This document shows positions 38,630 through 47,865 of a stretch of 64,000 nucleotides of DNA, piece after piece (position 1 is the stretch's first letter; each line of letters opens with the position of its first letter). The notes beneath the pieces were generated by a model, which saw only the letters and a list, made by a program, of their open reading frames with translations, was not told the origin of the DNA and searched no databases. Source of the stretch: a virus; the IMG/VR virus record IMGVR_UViG_3300021139_000005, positions 1 to 64,000 of that record; one strand, given 5' to 3'. A program made the translations under genes and the position numbers.

Positions 38630-41600
38630 ATGGCAAAATCACCTTCACCGTGTATCCACATTGACCTACGTACCGGAAAAGTTTATTCCGAACAGCAGTT
38701 TAAGGCAATGCTGGCAAACGATCTTCCTGAATTACTTGAAAAACTACCAGAGTTTAAGCCGAAGTATGAGGCTGTAGCAGCAAAGGTAGATGAGCTGGGC
38801 GGGACCAGTGTAATCATAGCGCCATTTTACGATAAGCGAGCGGCCACCAGAGAAGAGGCCGATATGCTTAACAACTCCCCTGCGGTTCAGCAGCATCTTC
38901 AGAACATGCGTGACTTGGCGAAGGCCATGGGGATCGGGGTCAAGAGTATTAAATCTAACCTGGGAAAGTTTGTAAACAAGGAGAAAAAAGAGGTTTACGA
39001 ATTAAGCCATACGGTTCAGTTGGATACAAAGGATTTAGACAAGGCAACGACATTTGCTGCACTTATGGGCGTAATGGGGCCAGAGGTTCAGCAGTCTACT
39101 ATTGCGGGAAGGGTGCTTTCAGAAAATGAAATCGGCTCAGACTCCCATACGGCAAATAGATTCGATGTTAACTTTTCTTCTGAAAAAGATTTTGATAGGG
39201 CAGTGGAACTCGCAATTGCTTCAGGATTAGAGTATTCTGCCAATATTGAGAACCGAACGATATCTTTTTTGGATTTTTCTAATGGGAAAGATACCAAATG
39301 GTTGTCAAACTTTAATACCTTTGATTCTCAAATCGTAGACAATGGAATCGACGGAGAATACGCAGTCACCCCAATTGAATCAAGACTCATCGAAGCAACC
39401 CCAAAGCCAATCTATGAAGGAGGCCCGCTCTCGAGTGGAAGAGATGCCATTCTTCAAGAGGGGCAAAGGCAAGTGGAACTTCAAGGGGGCGGGGGATTGC
39501 TTCGTCATGCCTTGGACGAGGCAGTCACAAGAAACAACGACTTCCTCAAACAACAAGAGCTAGAACCGGTCCGCAAGGAATACGCCGATCTACGACAAAA
39601 AGAAATCGATTTAGGGGAGAAGGGAGAGCGCTTAACTGATGAAGAGGTTAAGAAGAAGGATGAGCTGTACAAAAAACTCTTGCCTGAAGTAAAGACCACA
39701 GTAGCCAAGGCCGCAGATGCATACAGTGAGGCTAAGGAGGAGATACAGAGCGTAGGGAAGAAGGTTGTAGGGAAGAAAGGCTTTGTCGTTCCGTTCAACA
39801 TAAAAAGGGCTGAGAGGGCAGCGGTTAAGATACTTCGCTGGTATCAGGGTAAGGCACAGTGGCTCGGGGATGGTGCCAGGACAACAATAGTGGTACACGA
39901 TGCCGCTGACATCCATGATGTTGTTGAAGACCTGAAAAAACAATACGGTGGCGGGATTGAACGCGATGAGACTACCGGTGAAACAGACCTTGGATATCCA
40001 AAACAATTACTTGAGGTAAGGACTAAAAACGGTCGCATAGCTGAGTTCCAGGTAATGACTCCAGAGGGTTACTTAGCTAAAGATGGCATAACCAATTTCC
40101 AACCAGAGAAACAAGGTTACGCTAAACAGGTTCTGAATGCTATTCGTGATCGACTTGGCTTTGATATTCCGGATGGTGCCGGCCATTATTTGTATGAAAT
40201 CAGCAGAGACTTTAACGTTCCAGGTGAACTACGCGAGGAGGCAAACCGGTTAAGCAGGCAGTATTACGATGCCATGACTAACGAGAACAGCACACTCGAT
40301 GGTAAGCAGTTTGAGAAGGACATGAAAGCATTCGTTGATAAGGTTGACGGTGCCGATAAATCTGGATGGGATGAGGGTAATAAGGGAGTTGCTCCTGAGC
40401 CGGTAAGAGAGTTTATCGGTGCAGAGGAAGCGGACAAAAACCTTCCTACATACACAGCAAAAAATGTTGGTTCGATAGATACTAAGGATAGGGAAGGCGC
40501 ACAGAAAAAGGTTCTGGAAGATGCAAAGAGGGTGATTAAGGCGGTCTCTGGCATCGTTAAGAAGGGTACAGGACTTGATCTGAAGGTCGTTGTTCATGAT
40601 GATCCGGAATCGTTCGCTAGGGCAGTAAGGAGAGCAGGGGGAAAGAGTCAGAACGCAGGTGCCCGGGGATTCTATATGGGGCCAGATGGAGCGATACATC
40701 TCAACATGGACAAGGTTACTACCGACACAATGCTCCATGAAGGATTTCACCCTCTCCTTGATTATATAGCAGCACAGAAGCCGGAAGAGCTCGACAATCT
40801 TTATAAGCAACTCAAAAGCGTTCCGGGCGCAGAGGACATTGTGGACCAGGCCGATATAGACTACACCGGAGATGTCACTCGTAAGAAGGAGGCCATCACT
40901 GATTTCATCGCCAAGGTAGCTAACGGAGATATCAAAATCGAGCCAACTACTATCGATAAAATCAAGGACTTCATCAATAAAGCGCTTAACGTTGTAGGCT
41001 TAGGAAAGGCTCCTGTTGACATGGGACTGGACATGAGTAATGCTGAAGACTTGAAGGCATTGGCAAAGGGGATAAGCCAAAGTTTCGCAACCGGAAAGGA
41101 AATAAAGCCATCGGACATAGTTCCAGATTGGTTGCAAGGGAAGGGAACAGAGGGGAACGCTGACCAACCTATACAGCTACAGGCTGACTTCACTCACAAA
41201 GAAAGTGGATTAGAATGGCAGTACTTTAAAAACTCAAATAAGTTCAAAGACTTGGTTGATCGGGGATATGTAACCTTTGATAAAACCATCCACGACTTTA
41301 AAGGGGCGGTAGTATTCCACATGCCCGATGCGGGGTTTTCGGGTAGAATATTAAAGGATGGGGTATTGGTTTCTGAGGGAAAGGGGGGCGTATACTATCC
41401 ATTAGTTTTCCATGACAATGGAGACTTTTGGGCAGCTACATCACGCGGGGCAGCGTCATTGGCAAAGAGGTTAAATCAGGCTAGGGCCGCATCGCCGGAC
41501 GGAAAAATAAGGATGGTATTGGTCTCTTCACCAATAGACAAACTGATGTCTTCCTCGCTAAATGGAATAGGACTTGTAGATATGCTAACATCAAAAGCAT

Positions 41601-44600
41601 TTAGCGATAAGTCTGGGGTTACCCCCACTCAACTAAGGAAAGCAATCATATCCGCTGTTGAGAAGACCGAGGAGTCAAGGAAGCAAAAAAAGGATGGAAT
41701 GAAGCCATCACAAAAGCCATTATTTAAAGTTAAGGCTGGGGATACGATGGCTGATCTACACATTAAATTAAGGGAATACTACCCACCAGAAAACAGCGAT
41801 TTTGCAGTAAGAAAAGCTCTAAATAAGAACATACTTGGAGAGCTTGCGGGTTCTATATCCGGGAAGACAGCAAAGCAACTAAACGACTTCTTAGGTGCCG
41901 GTACATTTAATAGGGCGTTAAAGTCTAAAGGAGAGTCAGTGTCAAAAGCTAGTTTATCGGAAGGGTTTTCTAATATCCTTGCAGAGCCAATGCTTAGGGG
42001 GGAGGAGTCAGGGAAAATGTATGCAGTTATTGAGTTAGGTGCAGATGTAGAGCCAGTAAAAACATCGGACCACGAATCTTATCCTTACACCTTAAGGTCG
42101 ACGGACCCCAACGAAAAGCCAACAGTACATATTTTAAAAGAAAGAGATCACTGGTACAATCACGCAACAGATGAGGGGGGGGATATTATAGGTGATGACA
42201 AAGATAAGCAGGCATCAACGTTGCCGACAAATGCAGGGATATCTAATGTTGTTGATTTGAAGCCACAGGGCGAACCAAAGAAAAGCAAAGAGGCTCCTCA
42301 ATTCCAAAAAGACACATCGAAAGAAGAGGATGAAAAGAATCTCCCATCTCGGGCAGAGATGATCCTTCAGGGCAAAACAAAGGCTGAAATTGATGCTGAG
42401 ATTCAGAGAAGAAAAGACCTCGGATTAACAGCGGCCAGGTTCCCTCAAAGAGTGATAGGAGCAAGGAAAGCGGATATCGAAAAAGACCTTGAGGAATTAG
42501 GACTTTCACCACTTGAAAAAGCCGAGGTGAAGGCCAACCAAATGGTGTGGGACAAGGCAGTAAAAGAGGTGAACAGCGGGAAGGTTCAGCCACTTGATAT
42601 TGCAGACAGGATCAACTCTTCATCAGACGCTACAATCACTACAGAGGAAAAGGCTGCGCTACTATATGAACGAGGGAAACTACTCAATGCCCATGATGAG
42701 GCGGTAAGCAATATGAACAAGGCAATTGACTCTGGAGATGACTCCGGAGTTTTGAGTTCATTGGAGGACATGGCCCGAATCACTGATCAATACAACCAGG
42801 TTGCAACCGCAGCAGTAAAGGGAACGAGCGAAGCAGCCAGGGTGTTGCAGTTGGGTACCAGAGATACTGATGCTAACTATCATCTTTTGGAGGTAAAGCG
42901 CCGGCTGAATGAATTCGTTCCTGCCGATGCAAAGACTCAGAAAAAGGTAGAGGGATTAGTTGCTAAATTGAAAGAGGCAACAGACCGGTTGGAGCACAGC
43001 CGTCAAAAGGAGGCAGACCTTCAACGTGGTCAGGCCATCCAGGATGAGATCAACAAGCAACTCAAAGAACAGGTAAAGCTGGGCGGTGGTAGGCTGCGCG
43101 GGGATGCTCTGATAGCAGATGCCACAGAAGACTTTGCGAAACTGTTTGGCCTGATTGATACCAAGCCACAGTTCCAGAAGGCTGAGGACGAGAAGAACGT
43201 AAGTTTCTCTAACGCGGTAGCTAAATTGGCGAAAGGCTTTGCTGATAAAGGATTCAATGGAGATGCTATTTGGGATAAGGTTAAAGAGCATGTCAAGGAA
43301 AAGACCGGCAGAGACATACCTGAAATATACAAGGACGATGCCCTGGTAGAAGCCAAAGATACCGGTGAGGCAATCAAGGAAAAAGTAGCTGAGAAGGTTC
43401 AATCCGGAGATACAGACCTGAAGGATATGAAGGGAGAACTGAAGAAGCGCCAGCGCGAACTGGTAGCTGATGGCATGAAGAAACATGAGGAGGTGACAGC
43501 GGCCATAACCAAGGAACTGAACGATGCTGCCGGTGAAGACAAGTTCGATGAGCGCGATGTGAGGGATGTATTATCTGGATACGGTGATGTGAAAAAGCCA
43601 TCTGCTGACGAGCTGGATAAAGAAATCCGTGAGCAGAATGTGAAGATGAGACTTGCCTCTTCGAAAGAAGATGTGATCATCGGTAATGCTCCTTTAAAAA
43701 GTGGATTCCAGCGTGATGCACCAACTCAGGAGATCAGGGAGTTACAGCGTGAAGTGCAGAGGATAATGAAGGATAAAGGCATTCAGGATGGCCGTAGTCC
43801 AGAGCAAAGATGGAAGACCTCATTAGAGGCTATAAAAACAGGGCTGAAGCGCCAGATAGAGGATTTGACCAAGCAGTTAAATACAGGGGTAAAAGAAACC
43901 AAGAACAAGGCCAAGACACCTTACGATGATGAAGCGAAGAATTTACTTGCTCTACGCGATCAATTACAATCAGAGGCAGACAGAATCTTTGGTAAAACTG
44001 AGTTGAGTGATGAGCAGAAGGTTAAAATGGCCATGGACTCTGCAGAGAAGAGCTACCGTGAATATCAGCGCCGGCTAAGAGAATCTGACTTTACTCCTCA
44101 GCAGAATAGCACAACACCTGAAACACCTGCCCTGAAGCAATTACGTGATGCCAGGGACAACATGCGTAAGGCATATGAGAAGGCTAAAAAAGCGGCCCAG
44201 GGTAAGGCTCCGAAGTCACCTGAACAGAAGGCGCTTGACCGGGTAGAAAAGGAACTTGATGACCTGATTCAAAAGGTTCAGGATGGGGAAACTGCTGAAC
44301 GATTAAAGAGCACTACTCCGGAAACTCCGGAACTGAAGCAAGCAATAGAACTTCGTGATAAGCTGAAGCAGCATATGGAAAACATGCGTAACGCTGCTGA
44401 TCCATTCAGAGAGGAACGTATGGCTCTGGACACATGGAGGAAGCGCAAACAGGCTGAAATTGAGAAGAAGAAGGAAAGGCTGGACCTGATAAATAAAGGC
44501 ATTGAACCTAATCCTCCTAAACCTAAAATTGAACCAAGGAGCGCTGCGGATATTGCATTACAGGCCGAGGCAGAAAGGCTCAAGATTCAGATAGACCGGG

Positions 44601-46264
44601 CGATTGAGAAACAACGGTTGGAGGCAAGATCGGAGCTAGAGAAAAAACTGGCCATCGCTTTCAGAATAAAAAGGGCAACAATTTTAGCCAGGGCATCAGT
44701 GTTCGTTAAGTTATCGTGCGCTGCAATGTGGCAGGCGGGTATTATTACTCCTACAACTAAAATGGTTCAAACAGGGATTGGAAAGATTCCAGGTCTTAGG
44801 GACGTATCATCTAACTCACCAACGCAGGGAAATTATTCTTTGGATGCTGCCGCTGCAAACTATAAGCAGTTTTGGGGTAAAGAAGTATTAGCTGACATCA
44901 ACAAAACATGGAAGACCGGCATCATGGATATTGATGCTATTGATGGGAAACAGCCTCAGATAGAGGAGCATTGGGAAGACATCATAGGCAACTCTCACGC
45001 AGCAGTCAAGGTAATACCGGCAAGGGCAGAATACTTTTCTTCAGCACAGTCAGTAGCGGAGTGGGCAGTGCGTAACAAACTTCGTTTGGATAGTCCGCAC
45101 ACTCAGGAGATAATCCATGAGCTTTCTTATGATAATGCACAGAGGAATATCTTCAAGAATCCAAACGCGATATCTAAGGCATACAAGGAGTTTATCAACC
45201 AGGTAGCTGATAGAGGTGGTCCGATAGGTAAGATAGCCAAGACCATGCTGTTTGATGAGAATCTGCCGATCATTACCGTACCAACCAACATCGCCATTGA
45301 TGGAGCAACGTATGCCTTCGGTGCTGCCAGGGCCTTGGCTGATGCATATGAGTTAAAGGCGCTGGGCGGTCCGAAAGGAGTAGAGGGCGAGAGCAAGGAG
45401 AATACGATCAAGAGGTTGAAACTGAATGATGATATCATGAGAAGCCTTGGTAAGCAAACTGTTGGTCTCCTTGGTTTGGCTATGGGGTATTCACTTTATC
45501 ACTCTCTTGGCGGGTTATACAACAAGGGGGAAAAGAAGAAGATTGATGACTTAAAGCCAGGTGAAATTCAGGCAGGAAACTGGAAGATATCTCCACTGTT
45601 TACCCACCATCCAGGGTTCTATTCATTACAGATTTCGGCAAACTTCCAGAGACTTTTGGAGGCACATAAAGCAGATAAAACCAAGGCAGGTAAGGAGCCG
45701 TTTAACTGGTCAGATGCTTTGGCAAAATCTGTTCTTGCTACAGCGAAAGAGATTCCTTTTGTAGAATCGATGGATGCTCCGGAGAAGGTTCTTGCCAGTG
45801 GCCAGGGTGTGGTTATGGCGGCAGGACAAACTTACCTTGCAGATAACATACCAGGATTTTTGGAGGAAATCGCAAAGGCTACCGATCCGGAGGCAAACAG
45901 ATACCCTCAAAGCGTATGGCAGGAAATAGAGAAAAAAATACCGGTGTTACGCGAGAATGTACCATCCGAGAAACCTGGCGCACAGAGAGGTGATCCGTTG
46001 AACAAAGCGATCAAACAGGAGAAGGAACTTGTTAAGGATAAGGAAGACAGGGGCAAGGGCACATCCAAGGAAGAAAAGGAACTGCAGGGCTTACAGGGTA
46101 AAAAGGAGAAGCAGGTTCAGGACCAGGCCAAGGAGGTAGCAAAAAGATTCAAAACCATGGAAAAGGGTAAGGCCAAGGCATCACTGAATAAAATGGTGAA
46201 GGACAAAGACATACCCGGTGCCGTTCGTGATGAGGTGTTCAGAGAACTGGAGATTGATAAGTAA
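38630..46264 (+). CDS. 2544-aa polyvalent virion protein: RelA/SpoT-like nucleotidyltransferase, zincin metallopeptidase, coiled coils
   Basis: IKRAERAAVK..LGDGARTT..GYPK..AEFQVMT..GHYLYE; TMLHEGFH. Confidence 0.8.
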   Translation: MAKSPSPCIHIDLRTGKVYSEQQFKAMLANDLPELLEKLPEFKPKYEAVAAKVDELGGTSVIIAPFYDKRAATREEADMLNNSPAVQQHLQNMRDLAKAMGIGVKSIKSNLGKFVNKEKKEVYELSHTVQLDTKDLDKATTFAALMGVMGPEVQQSTIAGRVLSENEIGSDSHTANRFDVNFSSEKDFDRAVELAIASGLEYSANIENRTISFLDFSNGKDTKWLSNFNTFDSQIVDNGIDGEYAVTPIESRLIEATPKPIYEGGPLSSGRDAILQEGQRQVELQGGGGLLRHALDEAVTRNNDFLKQQELEPVRKEYADLRQKEIDLGEKGERLTDEEVKKKDELYKKLLPEVKTTVAKAADAYSEAKEEIQSVGKKVVGKKGFVVPFNIKRAERAAVKILRWYQGKAQWLGDGARTTIVVHDAADIHDVVEDLKKQYGGGIERDETTGETDLGYPKQLLEVRTKNGRIAEFQVMTPEGYLAKDGITNFQPEKQGYAKQVLNAIRDRLGFDIPDGAGHYLYEISRDFNVPGELREEANRLSRQYYDAMTNENSTLDGKQFEKDMKAFVDKVDGADKSGWDEGNKGVAPEPVREFIGAEEADKNLPTYTAKNVGSIDTKDREGAQKKVLEDAKRVIKAVSGIVKKGTGLDLKVVVHDDPESFARAVRRAGGKSQNAGARGFYMGPDGAIHLNMDKVTTDTMLHEGFHPLLDYIAAQKPEELDNLYKQLKSVPGAEDIVDQADIDYTGDVTRKKEAITDFIAKVANGDIKIEPTTIDKIKDFINKALNVVGLGKAPVDMGLDMSNAEDLKALAKGISQSFATGKEIKPSDIVPDWLQGKGTEGNADQPIQLQADFTHKESGLEWQYFKNSNKFKDLVDRGYVTFDKTIHDFKGAVVFHMPDAGFSGRILKDGVLVSEGKGGVYYPLVFHDNGDFWAATSRGAASLAKRLNQARAASPDGKIRMVLVSSPIDKLMSSSLNGIGLVDMLTSKAFSDKSGVTPTQLRKAIISAVEKTEESRKQKKDGMKPSQKPLFKVKAGDTMADLHIKLREYYPPENSDFAVRKALNKNILGELAGSISGKTAKQLNDFLGAGTFNRALKSKGESVSKASLSEGFSNILAEPMLRGEESGKMYAVIELGADVEPVKTSDHESYPYTLRSTDPNEKPTVHILKERDHWYNHATDEGGDIIGDDKDKQASTLPTNAGISNVVDLKPQGEPKKSKEAPQFQKDTSKEEDEKNLPSRAEMILQGKTKAEIDAEIQRRKDLGLTAARFPQRVIGARKADIEKDLEELGLSPLEKAEVKANQMVWDKAVKEVNSGKVQPLDIADRINSSSDATITTEEKAALLYERGKLLNAHDEAVSNMNKAIDSGDDSGVLSSLEDMARITDQYNQVATAAVKGTSEAARVLQLGTRDTDANYHLLEVKRRLNEFVPADAKTQKKVEGLVAKLKEATDRLEHSRQKEADLQRGQAIQDEINKQLKEQVKLGGGRLRGDALIADATEDFAKLFGLIDTKPQFQKAEDEKNVSFSNAVAKLAKGFADKGFNGDAIWDKVKEHVKEKTGRDIPEIYKDDALVEAKDTGEAIKEKVAEKVQSGDTDLKDMKGELKKRQRELVADGMKKHEEVTAAITKELNDAAGEDKFDERDVRDVLSGYGDVKKPSADELDKEIREQNVKMRLASSKEDVIIGNAPLKSGFQRDAPTQEIRELQREVQRIMKDKGIQDGRSPEQRWKTSLEAIKTGLKRQIEDLTKQLNTGVKETKNKAKTPYDDEAKNLLALRDQLQSEADRIFGKTELSDEQKVKMAMDSAEKSYREYQRRLRESDFTPQQNSTTPETPALKQLRDARDNMRKAYEKAKKAAQGKAPKSPEQKALDRVEKELDDLIQKVQDGETAERLKSTTPETPELKQAIELRDKLKQHMENMRNAADPFREERMALDTWRKRKQAEIEKKKERLDLINKGIEPNPPKPKIEPRSAADIALQAEAERLKIQIDRAIEKQRLEARSELEKKLAIAFRIKRATILARASVFVKLSCAAMWQAGIITPTTKMVQTGIGKIPGLRDVSSNSPTQGNYSLDAAAANYKQFWGKEVLADINKTWKTGIMDIDAIDGKQPQIEEHWEDIIGNSHAAVKVIPARAEYFSSAQSVAEWAVRNKLRLDSPHTQEIIHELSYDNAQRNIFKNPNAISKAYKEFINQVADRGGPIGKIAKTMLFDENLPIITVPTNIAIDGATYAFGAARALADAYELKALGGPKGVEGESKENTIKRLKLNDDIMRSLGKQTVGLLGLAMGYSLYHSLGGLYNKGEKKKIDDLKPGEIQAGNWKISPLFTHHPGFYSLQISANFQRLLEAHKADKTKAGKEPFNWSDALAKSVLATAKEIPFVESMDAPEKVLASGQGVVMAAGQTYLADNIPGFLEEIAKATDPEANRYPQSVWQEIEKKIPVLRENVPSEKPGAQRGDPLNKAIKQEKELVKDKEDRGKGTSKEEKELQGLQGKKEKQVQDQAKEVAKRFKTMEKGKAKASLNKMVKDKDIPGAVRDEVFRELEIDK

Positions 46265-46302
46265 GAAGTTTCTATTTTTACACAGTAAATTAAACCAACG
46301 AT

Positions 46303-46848
46303 ATGCAATTCATCAGTCCCAACTCGGTAACGGTAACGAATGGTGTAGGAAGCTACCCTGCAAGTTTTAATTACGTTTGGGGCGATACTACGAGCCCTGC
46401 ATTTACAGTTGACTCTGCGGTTAATACCGTGATTCACGTAACCAACTGGCAGGGAACGGAGCAGCAGTTTGAGTTATTGGTCGGCGGTTATTTCGTTGAC
46501 TACACCAATAAGGCAATTTATCGCATCGTTGCAAACAAATATCATGCTCCTGACGGATCAGGAAAGGCGATAGACCTGTATGTGAACAAGCCAGTGGTTT
46601 TGAGTTCACCAACTACAGTTTTCCAGGTAGTTCCATTTAATTTGGTAGCGGGTATCTTCTCTGTTATGGTTCGCCTTGAATCAGGTGTCGCTACAATCAG
46701 AAATGCGAATGATAACACTACCTCAAGTTTGGCAGCGGTCAATCAGCGTATCACTATTTCTCCGGCCAGCAACATCAGAGGCTATGTGGAAGCGATCCTT
46801 ATCGACACAACCGCAACAGGCGTAGCCGAAGCCAGTAACTCTAAATAA
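46303..46848 (+). CDS. Hypothetical beta-rich (probably virion) protein
   Basis: Open frame, V/T/N-rich. Confidence 0.6.
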   Translation: MQFISPNSVTVTNGVGSYPASFNYVWGDTTSPAFTVDSAVNTVIHVTNWQGTEQQFELLVGGYFVDYTNKAIYRIVANKYHAPDGSGKAIDLYVNKPVVLSSPTTVFQVVPFNLVAGIFSVMVRLESGVATIRNANDNTTSSLAAVNQRITISPASNIRGYVEAILIDTTATGVAEASNSK

Positions 46849-46851
46849 TCA

Positions 46852-47106
46852 ATGATGAACTGGCTGAAAACATTCTTTGAGGAAAATCCGAATTTTGCCA
46901 GCGCAATGCGCCTCATCTACATTTTTGGTAGTGCTTGGCTCATGGCTTTCGTTACGGTATCTGTGTTCACAGGGAAATGCACCTTCGTTGAAGGGTGCCA
47001 GTATTTCGTTATTATTTTCGGCCTTCTACAAGGAGGTAAGACTTTGTCAAAACATCTTGAGAATAATTCGCCACAGGAAGCTCCCCCGGCTCCTAAAACA
47101 GAATAA
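46852..47106 (+). CDS. Holin-like membrane protein
   Basis: Two TM segments, SAMRL motif, next to lysozyme-like gene. Confidence 0.6.
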   Translation: MMNWLKTFFEENPNFASAMRLIYIFGSAWLMAFVTVSVFTGKCTFVEGCQYFVIIFGLLQGGKTLSKHLENNSPQEAPPAPKTE

Positions 47107-47108
47107 AT

Positions 47109-47351
47109 ATGCCTACAACAATGATTGACGCTTTGATCCATTTAGGATTGCCTGGGTGCATGCTTGCTTTCTTTATTTGGTACCTTGTGAAGAAAGATAA
47201 TGACCATGCAGAGGAGAGAAAAGAGCTGAGTGCTCAGAACCAATCAAATACACAGAGGTTCATTGCTGTGGTAGAAAAGAACACAGATGCCCTGATAAAA
47301 ATGGAGGTCCGTGTAGAGAATGCGGAGTGCAAGTTTGGAGCAGGCCGTTAA
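47109..47351 (+). CDS. Holin-like (one TM + coiled coil) protein
   Basis: LGLPGCMLAFFIWYL then charged helix. Confidence 0.55.
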   Translation: MPTTMIDALIHLGLPGCMLAFFIWYLVKKDNDHAEERKELSAQNQSNTQRFIAVVEKNTDALIKMEVRVENAECKFGAGR

Positions 47352-47865
47352 GATCATAACTCATTTCGGGAAAGGCCTACAGCAGACTCCGTCCGGCCAT
47401 TGGGCATATAACGGCCATGTGCTGTATAACTTCATTGCCTTACGTGGAATCAAGGGTCTTGAAATGCGCGGGGAGGCCGAAAGGTTTGCTTCTCAGTATT
47501 CAGAGGAACTCACAAACAAGCTCGTTGACATGGAGACGGCCATCTACAAGAGGGAGGTGGCAGAGTGTATTAAGCCGGGTATCCATCTTGAGCATTACCA
47601 GGTAGCTGCCCTTATCAGCTTTGCCCACAGTATTGGTATCTCAAACTTCGCACATTGTGCTACGGTTAAGTGCATCAACGAGGGTAAATCCTTAGAGGTC
47701 GCAGCGGATTTTATGCTACAGTGGGTGAAGGTCAATACACTCGGATTATCCCATAAAATGCTACTCAACAACAAAGAAACTTTAAAACTATCACCGGAAC
47801 TCATCGGTAGAAGAAAGGCAGAGAAAAACCTGTTTTTGACAGGAATACTATCTTTGCCTTCGTGA
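47320..47865 (+). CDS. GH24 lysozyme-like protein, catalytic region degenerate
   Basis: [35 protein letters not shown]; no E-G catalytic motif. Confidence 0.7.
   Translation: MRSASLEQAVKIITHFGKGLQQTPSGHWAYNGHVLYNFIALRGIKGLEMRGEAERFASQYSEELTNKLVDMETAIYKREVAECIKPGIHLEHYQVAALISFAHSIGISNFAHCATVKCINEGKSLEVAADFMLQWVKVNTLGLSHKMLLNNKETLKLSPELIGRRKAEKNLFLTGILSLPS

Noticed and set aside
9861-46264. Stop-codon reassignment as in some crAss-like phages
   Set aside because: Genes are long and intact under the standard code and use TAA, TAG and TGA as stops.
38630-46264. Virion RNA polymerase in the giant ORF
   Set aside because: No DxDxD catalytic motif in a double-psi-barrel context; MDIDAID does not fit.
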